From NCBI GenBank assembly GCA_951406725.2, contig OX597842.1, forward strand, positions 7,750,001 through 7,814,000: 64,000 bases of DNA. The letters are read 5' to 3'. The stretch comes from Octopus vulgaris (lineage: Eukaryota). Within the stretch, counting starts at the first letter, position 1. Each line of letters begins with the position of its first letter. A program made the position numbers and the translations under genes. Of this stretch, positions 12,026 to 23,874 are shown one piece after another. The notes beneath the pieces are model-generated. The model was not told where the DNA came from and did not search any database. It worked only from the letters and a program-made list of their open reading frames with translations.

Positions 12026-12743
12026 TATAAGTAAGAATAAAACATTTCAAAACATCTCAATTCCAAAGCAAAAATGCCATTGGTCTGACCTTGGTGGTTT
12101 ACTATTTTGGGACCTGATTTACTTGAATTCTGAATTTATATATATTTATATATATGTCAGCAGTGGTGTCCGAGTATTAAATCATACATACATTTATATA
12201 TATATATATATACATAGGGTATATATAGTGAGTGAGAGAGCCTCTTCATCTTGATGCATGCAGAGGATGCTGTTCAGGCCAAGTGCAGTATAGAAGAGCC
12301 GGGGACTTTTAAGGCAGAAGAGCGTTGGCAGGGGATGAGGAAGTGCATGACACTCTTTGCATCTTCGATATCTGATCCCTGCCTCTTGATGTCAATTATG
12401 TTCTGAGAGGTCTGTTTCCTTAAAGATGACAGGCTTCAGTCGTCTAGATTTCAGGCCTATCTTCTGCTGGAAATAGCACACTGAGCTTGATGGAAAACTG
12501 GCAGTTGGTTTCAATGGGGAATGAGTCCACATGCCAGCCCTCGACAAGGGCTTCATTGAATGAGTCCTGATATTTCAATTTCTTTACCTACATACACCAA
12601 AAATTAAGAATGCAAATATCTATTGTTATAAATTAACAGTATGCACCCTAAAAAAGGGAGAATCTAAGTGGCTGTTTCATTTGCTAGAAATAGCAGCCAG
12701 ATTCTGTCAGATCAATCTTTCTTATGAAGAACTTATTGTTTAA

Positions 12744-12956
12744 CCCTTTCATTACTGTATTTATTTTGAGATGCTCTGTGCTTCTCTCAATTATTTTAGA
12801 CATAACAAAGAATTTAGTAAAATAACTTAGTTATCATTCAGCTAGTGTTAGGAACATAAATTGTGACTAAGGTTTGGTGGAAGATTTGAATTCAGAAAAC
12901 AAGGACATTTGTACTCAGAGTCAGAGCTGGTTTCAGCTGGGTTGGAAATGAAAGGG
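12744..12956. mobile_element. piggyBac-type MITE (second family)
   Basis: TTAA|CCCTTTCATTAC ... GAAATGAAAGGG|TTAA. Confidence 0.75.
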
Positions 12957-13459
12957 TTAATGTAGCCCTAGATTTACTGATTAAATAAAAGATGGGGGTG
13001 GTCATGGTTGGAACACATTTGGTCATAGATCTACTTGATCATTAATGATCTGGGGTTATATAACAATGTCTCCCTAAATAAGCTATATGTACCCTATAAC
13101 ACCCTCTATGTACCCTTATGTATAAACCTTGGTGAGCTGAAAGGAAATTCCATATTTTATAAGGGAATATTTTTGAAATTAGACATAAGAATGCAGAAGA
13201 CATATACAGGGGTGGACAAAAGGTATGCAGTTGGTTGACATGTAAGCACTTCAAATGTGTATATAAAAAAAAAAAAAAGAAGGACTTCTATGAACTAAGG
13301 ATCATCTAAAAATCCCTTAGTCATCTTATGAACCACTTAGGTTTAAAAAACAGAAATAGAGAAATGAAAAGACCATTCCACTCGTATTAAACAACCATGT
13401 GCCTACTTTTGTGCATGTGTGTGTGTGTGTTATGCAAAGGAGTAGGGATTTACACACAC

Positions 13460-13522
<63 letters not shown>

Positions 13523-14519
13523 GAGTTAATGAAATATGTCTATTGAAAACAAATTGTACTGGATTTCATAAAAATGCTCTTGGCATGAGAAATGTCTAAA
13601 ACCTTAAAAGGTATTTAGAGATTCAATTAGAGCGATTAAATATTAGAGAGTAAAAATTAGGAAAAGTTATATCTTAAAAATCACAGCAGATACAAGTCCA
13701 TGATATAAGCAATATTGTATTTATAAATAAATAGATAAAATACAGCTATGATCATTAAAAAATTTTTTAAAAGTGTTTTGAAAGTTATTATGGGTGTTTC
13801 ATGAATATACTACTCTCAAAATGAGATAACCGTTATTGGGAAGTGTATCAACTTGTCAGAGAAAAGGATAAATGTCAGTGTAGTAAATCGAATAATGGAA
13901 ATGCTAATTAAAATCGGATGAGAAAGGTGTTGTTTAAAAAGTTATTGGTATAAATCTGTGTTGGTATAAATTTGAGCTAAAAATTTTGAAAAAATAAAAT
14001 ATATCCATGGTAAAATCCGTGGTAAGAATCCACAATGGTAGTGTGTAGATAGAATTCCCGTAATTCATTTCCTTTTCAGTGTGTAATCCATAAGTATAGT
14101 TATGGATCCTTAGCTGTACTTTATCTATTTAGCAATACAATATAGCTTATATTATGGACTTGTATGTGTATAATGGATATGTTACAATATATACACCTGA
14201 GCTCTGTACACAATAAATTCATTATCATTATTATCATATATATATATATATATACTTACCTATACACATGTCTGTGCATATATGTGTGTATACATATCTA
14301 TGTGTGTGTCTGTGTCTACACACACACATATATATAGAGAGAGAATAGAATAAGAAATAGAAAGTCCATGCTACAGAATTATACATTTGAAAAGAAAGAA
14401 CAGAAATCTAATTTAATAATTAGATGTTTATAAAACATTAGGTGTTTATGATTTATAATTACCTAATTATTACGGTGGAAATATATTCAGAAAATCTATT
14501 TCTATTAATTTTTTTTCAA

Positions 14520-14606
<87 letters not shown>

Positions 14607-14607
<1 letters not shown>

Positions 14608-15164
14608 TGGGTTGTCCGGAAAGTTTGTGCCAATTTATAGTAGCTTACCTTTCAACTTATTTTAGAACATGGTTGAGTCCATAAAATAGGATTTGACTAC
14701 ACCTCCATTTAGAGCACAGTTTAAGCTATCTTTTCATGGAAGAAGGTTTATGTTCCTATAACCTGTGTTAATTCTATAACCTTTTAAAATGGAAAGTTCA
14801 TTTTCGGCACTTGATGCTTTGGGAACCAGACAAAAATTGCTGCAGCTCGGCTGGGATGTGTTACCCCACCCTCCATATTCACCAGATATTGCTCCTTCGG
14901 ATTTCCACTTATTCAGGTCTCTGCAGAATAGTCTTAATGGTAAAAATTTCAATTCCTTGGATGACGTAAAAAGATACCTTGATGAATTCTTTGCCATGAA
15001 ACCATCTCAATTCTAGGAAGAGGGTATTTTCAAGTTAAAGGAAAGATGGTGACGCATTGTGCAACACAATGGTTCATATTTGGTTGATTAAAAATGTAAT
15101 GGCAAGTATTTATTGACCTTTTTCTTTCCTTTAGAAATTGGCACAAACTTTCTAGGCAACCCAA
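14607..15164 (+). mobile_element. Non-autonomous mariner deletion derivative, copy 1
   Basis: TIRs TTGGGTTGTCCGGAAAGTTTGTGCC and TA target duplication. Residual transposase C-terminus WDVLPHPPYSPDIAPSDFHLF. Confidence 0.93.
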
Positions 15165-16424
15165 TATATATATATATATATAAAGAGAAAAGAAGTGTAT
15201 AACCACGCAAGAAAGTATATAGGAGAATTTGTTTTGGGGTTTGAAATCGTAATTGTTAATATCACCCAAAATAACTGAACTTTCAATCATGTATGACTGT
15301 TACGAAAATCATTGAACATTTGAACTTGTATTGCTGTCTATCTCTGCGGAATTCCTTGGAACTTGTATGAATATTTGATTATTTAAGTATGTTTTTCTGA
15401 ATTTTCCCTTGTAACTTTAATCTTTTGTAAACCCATTTCAAGTTATTTTTCTATTTTAACATTGATAAACAAAAATAGTTGAAACCGGTTTGGTATTTTA
15501 ATAAATCTGTAATGAAAGTTAAAGCCGACTACGAGTTTTGATATTTGAGTCCCAAAACAAATTCTCCTATATATGCTATAAGAATATATACATATAAATA
15601 TTCACACACACACACACATGCACACATCTGTATATATTTATGATATCCATGCAATATAAAATACATGCAAGATACATGCAAATATACATAGAAATACTCA
15701 CAAATGTATATACATACACACATTTAGTCATGTGTATGTGCCCACCCATCCACCCCTGTTGGCCATGATATGTGACAGAGGCTGGGACACACCTTTTAGC
15801 ATCAGTAAGGCAGTGCCACCTGACAGGTGATGGTGATTCATCTCCCTTGAAGAGAAACAGACAAAGACATACTTCCCAGCACAAGTCAGCTTCTCGTCAG
15901 GGGGCGCTGGAGTGCAGACTTAAACCAAATGCCAGAGTGAGGAGATGATGGTTTCGTAACTTGGTGGCCCCCATGCTTACATATATTCTTACAGTGATAG
16001 TGGTGATGGTGATGGCGATACCAAAGTGGGCATAACTGATGGTGGAGTATGGTCCTGTATGGGGTTGCTAAGTATACTAGAAATAACAGCTGAAATTTTG
16101 AAATGAGAAATTCAACTTTTCTTTGGGTAATTTTCATTACTAACTACAAATCATGATTTTGAACTTTTCTCACTCAGACTTATCAGATTGAGAAAATAAT
16201 GGATTTCTTCACACTTCTTTGTAGCTGTGAATATTATTTTTACCAAACATTTCACTCAAGAAAAAATATTTGTCTGAAAAATTTGGCAAAATTTGAACAT
16301 TTCTAGTGAATCATTTAGAAAATTTTGAAGTGAAAAATTCAATTTTCTTTGGCTATTTTCCTTACTAACTATAAATAGTGATTTTAATGCTTCAAATTAT
16401 ATCTTTCCATTAAAAAAATATAAG

Positions 16425-16810
16425 AGGCTGCTTCCCAACCATCTGGTTCCAGGTTCAGTCCTACTGTGTGGCACCATGGGCAAGTGTCTTCTACTATAGC
16501 CTTGGGCTGACCAAAGCCTTGAGAGTAGATTTGGTAGGTGGAAATTGAAAGAAGCCCCTCATATATATATGTATATATCTATGTGTGTGTCTGTGTTTGC
16601 CTCCCACCCCACCCACCCATTCACCACTTGACAACTGGTGTTGGTGTGTTTACCTACCCAAAACTTAGCAGTTTGGCAAAAAAAACCCGATAGAATAAGT
16701 ACCAGGCTTAAAAAGTAAGTACTGGGGTGATTCATTTGACTAAAAGTTCAAGGTGGTGCCCCAGAATGACCGCAGTCTATGTACTAAAAGAGGTGAAAGA
16801 TAAAAGATAG
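16425..16810 (+). mobile_element. SINE family A
   Basis: Aligns by eye to 10282-10704. Confidence 0.8.
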
Positions 16811-17438
16811 AAGATATATGCTATACTAATACTTCACTCTTGTTGCCTGTCTGTTGATTCCCAAGAGCATCTAAGATTTGAATGTTGTTGAAACCACCAG
16901 ATAGAGTGGTACTGCCTAAGTGTCAAAACCATAGTGACATCAGTTAGGCAGCTGAGGATGGTAATGTATATTTGATATTTGAAATGCTTGTTTATGAACT
17001 TTTTATATCTTGGTGTCCCATTGATCTAAGCTGAAATTGCGAGGATAATCTGGTACTTGACTGAAGATAGAAAACTTCAAATGACCCATCCTTGTTTTAT
17101 TTGTATCGTCTGTCTGGATGTTTTGTTGTTGTCCCTTTTTGTATCACCTAACTGTCTGGATGTTTTGCATTCTTGTCCCATCTGGTATTTTATATATATA
17201 TATGTGTGTGTATATATACTATATATATATATATATATATATCCATTATATGCAATAGAATCAGTATATATGTATGCACACACATACATGCAAACATACA
17301 GATATACATACAGGCATATATATATATATAATGTATGTATGACTGCATGTATCTACTTTTGAAAATGTAAGGATTCATATAAGGCAATGGAAGGGCCTCT
17401 TTGAGGTCATTTAATCTGCTAGAAATAGCAGTCTATAA

Positions 17439-17659
17439 GGCGGCGAGCTGGCAAAAACGTTAGCACACCAGCTTAGCGGCATTTCATGTTATTACATTCT
17501 GAGTTCAAATTTCACTGAGGTCGATTTTGCCTTTCATCCTTTTGGGGTCAATAAATTAAGTACCAGTTGTGCATTGGGGTCGATATAATCGACTTAATCC
17601 CTTTGTCTGTCCTTGTTTGTCTTTTCTATGTCTAGCCCCTTGTGGGCAATAAAGAAATA
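17439..17659 (+). mobile_element. SINE family B
   Basis: Same core; TSD agaaatagcagtcta. Confidence 0.83.
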
Positions 17660-17990
17660 AGAAATAGCAGTCTAATTTTTCTCAAATCACACATTAATGT
17701 CTTCCAAAACAAGAAGACCGAGTGAGGATGAGCACATATTAAATTATGTAGTCTTAGATACACTGTGCCTGATTTAAAAGAAATGGGCCAGGCCTCTGCT
17801 GGAGCATCTCTTGATCATAGCTCTGCCAGATTGGTGCCTGGACTGACCAAGTGACCATCACCACCATCACTGCTGCTGCTACTACTACTACTACTACTAC
17901 TACAAATAACAAAAAGATATAAAACATATAAAAAATCCCTCCACCCCACCCCTATAAAATAATCCCAAGGAACAAAAATAGGGGCCTTAC

Positions 17991-18271
17991 CAGTCGGTGT
18001 GGGGATCGTCAATGACAAGGAGGGTCTTACATCGGTCCTTGTTGACATTTGACCTCTGACCTGAGAATATGCCCTTGGCAATCCCGACCGCGCTGGTCTT
18101 CGATGGGGAACTGGGCGCACTCGGCGAAGGCCCCTTCCGTATCGGAAGCACGGGGACCTGGCCTTGCTCTTGGGCATCACGTAGCTCGCCCTGGAGGTCA
18201 CCTGAGCTGAAGCGTCTCCGGAGGAAGCTGACTCCCGTCGAGAAGTTGTCCTTGAATGTTGAGAACGAAAT
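17991..18271 (-). CDS. Syn: Synapsin coding exon 1 (domains A, B and start of C); putative non-AUG (ATT) start
   Basis: Hand translation: ISFSTFKDNFSTGVSFLRRRFSSGDLQGELRDAQEQGQVPVLPIRKGPSPSAPSSPSKTSAVGIAKGIFSGQRSNVNKDRCKTLLVIDDPHTD(W). It contains the synapsin domain A motif FLRRRFSSGDL, an SP-rich domain B and the domain C start LLVIDDPHTDW. It ends TG|GTAAGG (phase 2) and is CpG-rich relative to the window. The 5' boundary is inferred. Confidence 0.95.
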
Positions 18272-19080
18272 TTTGACGGGTTTTGTTGGAACGATTTAAG
18301 GGAAAAAATGAGAAAGACTTTTGGAGAGAGAAAAAAAAGGAAGGAAGAGGGGAAAGAATTGTTTGTTTTGTTGTTTTTCTTTTTGTTAAATATGAGACAG
18401 ACAGACAGAGAAAGGAAAGAAATGGAAGGATGACCTTTTTTAAAAAAAATTGAAGGAGGATTGTAGAAGGCCCCTGAAGAAGTAAGTTTTGATCTTTTGT
18501 TTTTTAAATAAAAGAGAAATGATGGAGAAAATTGGAGCCAAAAGATGTCCAGAAGAAGGAATCAGGCGTTTTCTGTATCTTTTTAGATGAAAGATTGAAG
18601 AGCTAAAGGCATAGGTGAAGGAGAGGAGGAGAAGGTGAAGAATGTAGAGAAAGAAGGAGGGAGTTATAATAGTGGCAGTAGGAGGAGAAGAGAAAGTAGG
18701 AGGTGAAAATTAGAGAGGAGGAGAATTTGGAGAAAGGAGGAAAGAGTAAAGGGTAGGAGGTGCAAAGCAAGAGGAGAGAGGGAAAGAGTAGGAGATTGTG
18801 GGTGTGGCTAGGTAGGAAGCAAGGAGGGAGGAGGGTGGTAAGGAGGTAGATAGGTAGGTAGATAAAGAGAGCGGTGGGAGGAGCAACAGGGAAGAAGTGT
18901 GAGGGGGAGAGAAAGAGGGTGAAGTAGGAAGACTTTGAAAGGTTAAGAGTGAAAGAAGAAGGAACTTGAACAGGAATTGTTAAACCGATTCTTTGTTGAT
19001 AGAGAGGTTATTGTAGTTCAGGCTCTTGTTGCATTCACAGGTCCTTAGCTGTTGAGTTTTTCCCTTCTTTTTTAGCAACC
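18272..19080 (-). other. Pyrimidine-rich putative 5' leader / proximal promoter of synapsin
   Basis: Repeat-free, CT-rich (minus strand) stretch directly upstream of exon 1. No minus-strand ATG was seen for ~340 nt upstream of the ATT. The TSS cannot be determined from sequence. Confidence 0.4.
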
Positions 19081-19428
19081 ATACACACAGATATATGTAT
19101 ATATAATTTTATATATACATATATATGTATATATATCTATGTGTCTTTCGTTCTTTGACAGCCCTTTTTCTCTCTCTCTCTCTCTGTTAAATTCTTCTTT
19201 CACTCTTTCTTTCTATCCACCTTCACTCTCTGCCTCTGTATGTATGTATCTCTCTCTTTGTGTTTATCTCTCTCCCTCTCTCTCTCTCTTTCAATTTCTG
19301 TCTTCCTTGGTTGTGGTTACAATCTGGTGTAAATCCAATCTTCAGCTACAGCAGCGCCACCTAGAATCAAAGAAAAGAAAAAGAAATGAAGATAAGATAA
19401 TAATCTATTGCAATACACAAACATGCAA

Positions 19429-19485
<57 letters not shown>

Positions 19486-19486
<1 letters not shown>

Positions 19487-19642
19487 TTTATTTAAAGCAG
19501 CAGAAAATTCAACAAAACCTGTTACTCAGAGTAACAGGTTTTGTTGAATTTTCTGCTGCTTTAAATAAAGCATATTACTCTACCACTGGTATTTGAGTAC
19601 TCTTTTTTCCACCTTGTTTCACATTTATGTGTTTACTCCGGT
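19486..19642. mobile_element. Palindromic TA-embedded module (same family as 42374-42590)
   Basis: Perfect 42-bp inverted repeat (19486-19527 / 19529-19570) followed by a tail shared with 42540-42590. It is flanked by (TA)n. Confidence 0.7.
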
Positions 19643-19817
19643 ATATATATATATATATTTAAAGGGCTAAAAACCACTATGTGGTCAGCCATATGCTAGA
19701 AGTAGATCACCTATGATCAAACTACAAAGAAAAGAATGTTCTCTAGAAAAAAATTCAGTGGACACCAGAACAATATGCGGGCAAGACAGATGAAAATTAT
19801 ATAAAAACCAGATTTAC

Positions 19818-19893
19818 TCGCAGACCAGTGGTTTCGCCTATTAACGAATGAATCACTTACGTAATCCTTCGTCCGTAGGACTCATCAGTACGA
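19818..19893 (-). ncRNA. Type I hammerhead ribozyme motif with long stem II
   Basis: Minus strand: tcgta CTGATGA gtccta...taggc GAAA cca-c-tgg TC tgcga. Stem II is extended by acgaaggattac/gtgattcattcgt and capped by a GTAA (GNRA) loop. Confidence 0.75.
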
Positions 19894-20284
19894 TCGTTCC
19901 ACAGGTAATATAATTTGTAAAACTAACCACCAGTTTTCCGTATAAAAACAGACACGTGCTTAGTTTCACCGATTACATTGGGGTTAATTTCAAATGTCTG
20001 AGTTTTGGTATATATAATGTCTGGTATATATATATAGATATATATATAACGGGAAGCTTTATGAAAATAGACAAAAGACGAAGGCAGGTTTACAGAAATA
20101 AACAAAAGACGAAGGCAGGTGGAATACAAACAAACAATTATATATATATACACACATATATGTATATGCATATATATTGATAAATAGATATATAGATAGA
20201 TAAGTACACAGAAAGATAGATATGAACACATATATATTTAAAGATATGTGTATGTGTATATAAATGGGTGTCTGTGTGTATGTA

Positions 20285-20784
20285 TTGTAAATCCTCGAGT
20301 ATAGTCCGCCCTTGAGTATAATACACAGGGGATTTTTAGGGGTCTGTACCTCTGAAAAACCTACACCTTGTGTATAATACGCACCCCTTCTCTAACTTGA
20401 GTCAAAGAGGTCTATATAACGTCCTTGGTTTGTAAAAATGTATATGGTAACGTCCTTTATTATTATTGTATATATAACATAATGCAAACGTGTAGCTTTT
20501 TTGTGCATTTTGTTTGCAGAAAATAAAGAAATAACAGTAATAATGTTTAATAAATGTTGCTTACTGCAAGTTATGGATGATTCTTTTATGACTTCATTGT
20601 TTTCAGGTCTAGCTTAAGGGATTTTTATGCCCGACATCACAAAATGCGTCTGAATAAACATTGCCGGACTCGGACATTGCTTAGAAAATATTTTTCATTT
20701 TTAACCTCATATATAATACGCACTAGGGATTTTAACCTTTAAATTTTTTGGGGGGAAATGCGGATTATACTCGAGGATTTATTG
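20285..20784. mobile_element. Tc1/pogo (Tigger)-like MITE
   Basis: TIRs TA|ttgtaaatcctcgagtatagtccgc ... gcggattatactcgaggatttattg|TA, with subterminal tataatac(g/a)ca repeats. Confidence 0.75.
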
Positions 20785-20989
20785 TATGTGTGCATAAAGA
20801 TATATATATATATATATATAATAATAAAATGAGAGGAATAAGTATATAGTCTGTGTAGTTATTTGGCAACAACATAAAATAAAAAAAATGACCATCCCAA
20901 AATATAACAATATCAGTTTCAATGCAGGATTTCTCAAATAGCGGACTTGGTTAGAGTGATAAGAAATGGGTCCCATATGTGCAACCCAA

Positions 20990-21590
20990 TGGAATTAGAA
21001 AGACACATACAACACTTCATTCACTGTATGCAGTTTTCTGGCTAAAGCCAAAGAGACAGGATTAGAGTGTACAAAGGAACAAGTAAGTACAAGACCATCA
21101 TAGCGAGTGATGCCAATGGGATCTGCCTGCTATACAGGAGTAAATCCTGAAATAGCTTAGAAAGGACCAAGAAGAAAACAGATAAGGTCAAGTCATGGTG
21201 CAATAACCAAAAATACCAGAGTGTCATGTTTGTTGGTGCTACCCCTGAAAGCAAACTAGAATACCTTTTTTGGAAAAGCTTAGATAAGAAAATCTTTGGA
21301 TTATATTAGTAGACAGGCCAGGAACACCATAAAACCCCTATTCTGTAGAACATATCCATTCAAAAGGTCCCAGTACAGTATGCAGGGTGAACCCACAATT
21401 TAAATGTAAGATTAGAAATGTAGTCTATAGCACCTGGTGTACTGAGGGACAGTGCAGAAACAAGACAACATACAATGGAGAGACAGCACGTAGCATAGGA
21501 AGGAAGATAGATGTACACTGGAGAAAACATAGAGGAGAAAAGCTTGTCAGTGCTCTATTATTGCTCAATTAGAACATAGAGGCTTGGTTA
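20990..21590 (+). mobile_element. Degenerate Penelope-like retroelement fragment (GIY-YIG endonuclease region)
   Basis: ORF 21387..21572 reads CKIRNVVYSTWCTEGQCRNKTTYNGETARS, matching the PLE pattern C-x-NVVY-x3-C-x-C-x-YxGET-R. The upstream frame contains LYRSKS...SVMFVGATPES. Confidence 0.7.
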
Positions 21591-22043
21591 ATATATATTT
21601 ACATATTATATTTTATTATATTTGCAGTTATATAAATATATAAATACACACACACTCACACTCTCACACACACACACACACACACAGACGCACACACTCA
21701 CACTCTCTCACACACATACACACACACGCACACACACACACACACACATACATATAGGTATGTCATATTTTCTGCTTTTCTGGAGGCCTTCTGACAAATT
21801 CTCACTTATTAGAAAGTGAAACGAGTCACGTTAGATGATGAAAATAATGAAGTTTGGTGGGTAAGAGTCTGATGCATTGGGGATACATAAAAAGTGAGGG
21901 TTCAAGAAAGTTGTATACCCTTATCATATGGGTAGTCATGATGGGTATACTGGGCTTCGTATATTTTACCCCAGTGTCACTTTGATGGCATGCACTGCTC
22001 CCTCACTCAATAATAATAAGGATTGAACATCAATTAAGACTTA

Positions 22044-22258
22044 CTCTGTCTCTCTTGTATTTGTTTTAGTCATTTGACTGCGGCCATGCTGGAGCACCAC
22101 CTTTAGTCGAGCAAATCAACCCCAGGACTTATTCTTTGTAAGCCTAGTACTTATTCTATCAGTCTCTTTTACCGAACCGCAAAGTTACGGTGACGCAAAC
22201 ACACCAGCATCAGTTGTCAAGTGATGTTGGGGGGACAAACACAGACACACAGACATAT

Positions 22259-22291
<33 letters not shown>

Positions 22292-22452
22292 CATATATGC
22301 GATGGGCTTCTTTCAGTTTCCGTCTACCAAATCCACTCAAAAGGCTTTGGTCGGACTGAGGCTATATTAGAAGACACTTGCTCAAGGTGCCACGCAGTGG
22401 GACTGAACCCGGAACCATGTTGTTTGTAAGCAAGCAACTTACCACACAGCCA
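22044..22452 (-). mobile_element. SINE family A
   Basis: Reverse-complement match to the reference copy. Confidence 0.82.
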
Positions 22453-22632
22453 TATGAATTTATTTCAATGTATTTTATTTTATGTGCAGATTTTCGATGC
22501 TACCTTACGTTTCATGTATTATAGTTTGGAATTTTCAAATGTTCGACTTAAAATTTATGATAATCCATCTCCACGTTCTATTTGACTCTGAGACTTCACA
22601 AGACTTCAGGCATTATTAGGTGGTCCAAAGTA

Positions 22633-23339
22633 TTGGGTCGTCCAGAAAGTTTGTGCCGATTTATAGTAGCTTACCTTTCGACTTATTTTAGAACATGGTT
22701 GAGTCCATAAAATAGGATTTGACTACATCTCCAGTTAGAGCACAGTTAAAGCTATCTTTTCATGGAAGAAGGTTTATGTTCCTATAACCTGTGTTAATTA
22801 TGTAACCCTTTAAAATGGAAGATAAGAAAGGTCATTTTCAGCACTTGATGCTTTGGGAACCAGACAAAAATTGCTGCAGCTCAGCTGGAATGTGTTACCC
22901 CACCCTCCATATTCACCAGATAGTGCTCCTTCGGATTTCCACTTATTCAGGTCTCTGCAGAATAGTCTTAATGGTAAAAATTTCAATTCCTTGGATGACG
23001 TAAAAAGATACGTTGATGAATTCTTTGTCTTGAAACCACCTCAATTCTGGGAAGAGGGTATTTTCAAGTTAAAGGAAAGATGGAGACGCATTATGCAACA
23101 AAATGGTTCATATTTGGTTGATTAAAAATGTAATGGCAAGTATTTATTGACCTTGATGAATTCTTTGCCATGAAACCACCTCAATTTTGGGAAGAGGGTA
23201 TTTTCAAATTAAAGGAAAGATGGAGATGCATTGTGCAACAAAATGGTTCATATTTGGTTGATTAAAAATGTAATGGCAAGTATTTATTGATCTTTTTCTT
23301 TCGTTTAAAAAATCGGCACAAATTTTCCAGACAACCCAA
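22633..23339 (+). mobile_element. Non-autonomous mariner deletion derivative, copy 2 (140-bp internal duplication)
   Basis: Same TIRs and TA. The N-terminus MEDKKGHFQHLMLWE is fused out of frame to the C-terminus TRQKL...NGSYLVD. Confidence 0.93.
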
Positions 23340-23604
23340 TAAAATTCGAAATACAGAGATGAGGGGAAGTAAATATTTAGTGATTTTTGCAGTTGTTATT
23401 TCCCTTGTGTATTGATTTTGAAAGTGGTTGTAAAATAGCCAAGCATACTTGTTTTAGCAATTGCCATTCTATGGCACATATGACTGTGCGGCAAGCGTGA
23501 GTCATGCTCTGTGCAAAATTATGGAGAATATGCATTTTGGGGGGAATGTTGTACAAGTATGCATATTACATAATCTGCATCAACGTGGGTATAATCTTTA
23601 ATCG

Positions 23605-23802
23605 TTTGCTTGTTTCAGTCATTTGACAGTGGCCATGCTGGAGCACCGCCTTTATTTGAACAAGTCAACCACCAGGACTTATTCTTTGTAAGTCTACTAC
23701 TCATTCAATCGGTCTCATTTGCCGAACCGCTAAGTTATGGGGATGTAAACACACCAGTATTGGTTGTCAAGCGATGTTGGGGGGACAAACACAGACACAC
23801 AA

Positions 23803-23874
<72 letters not shown>

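Noticed and set aside
17815-18299. ORFs 17815..18201 (-) and 18069..18299 (+)
   Set aside because: They are a shifted frame and the antisense of synapsin exon 1. The true frame was missed by the ORF track because it has no ATG.
18272-19480. REST/NRSE silencer as in the mammalian synapsin I promoter
   Set aside because: No TTCAGCACCnnGGACAG-like match was seen.
22815-23125. Mariner ORFs as an active transposase gene
   Set aside because: The DNA-binding domain and most of the catalytic domain are deleted, and the N- and C-terminal remnants are out of frame.
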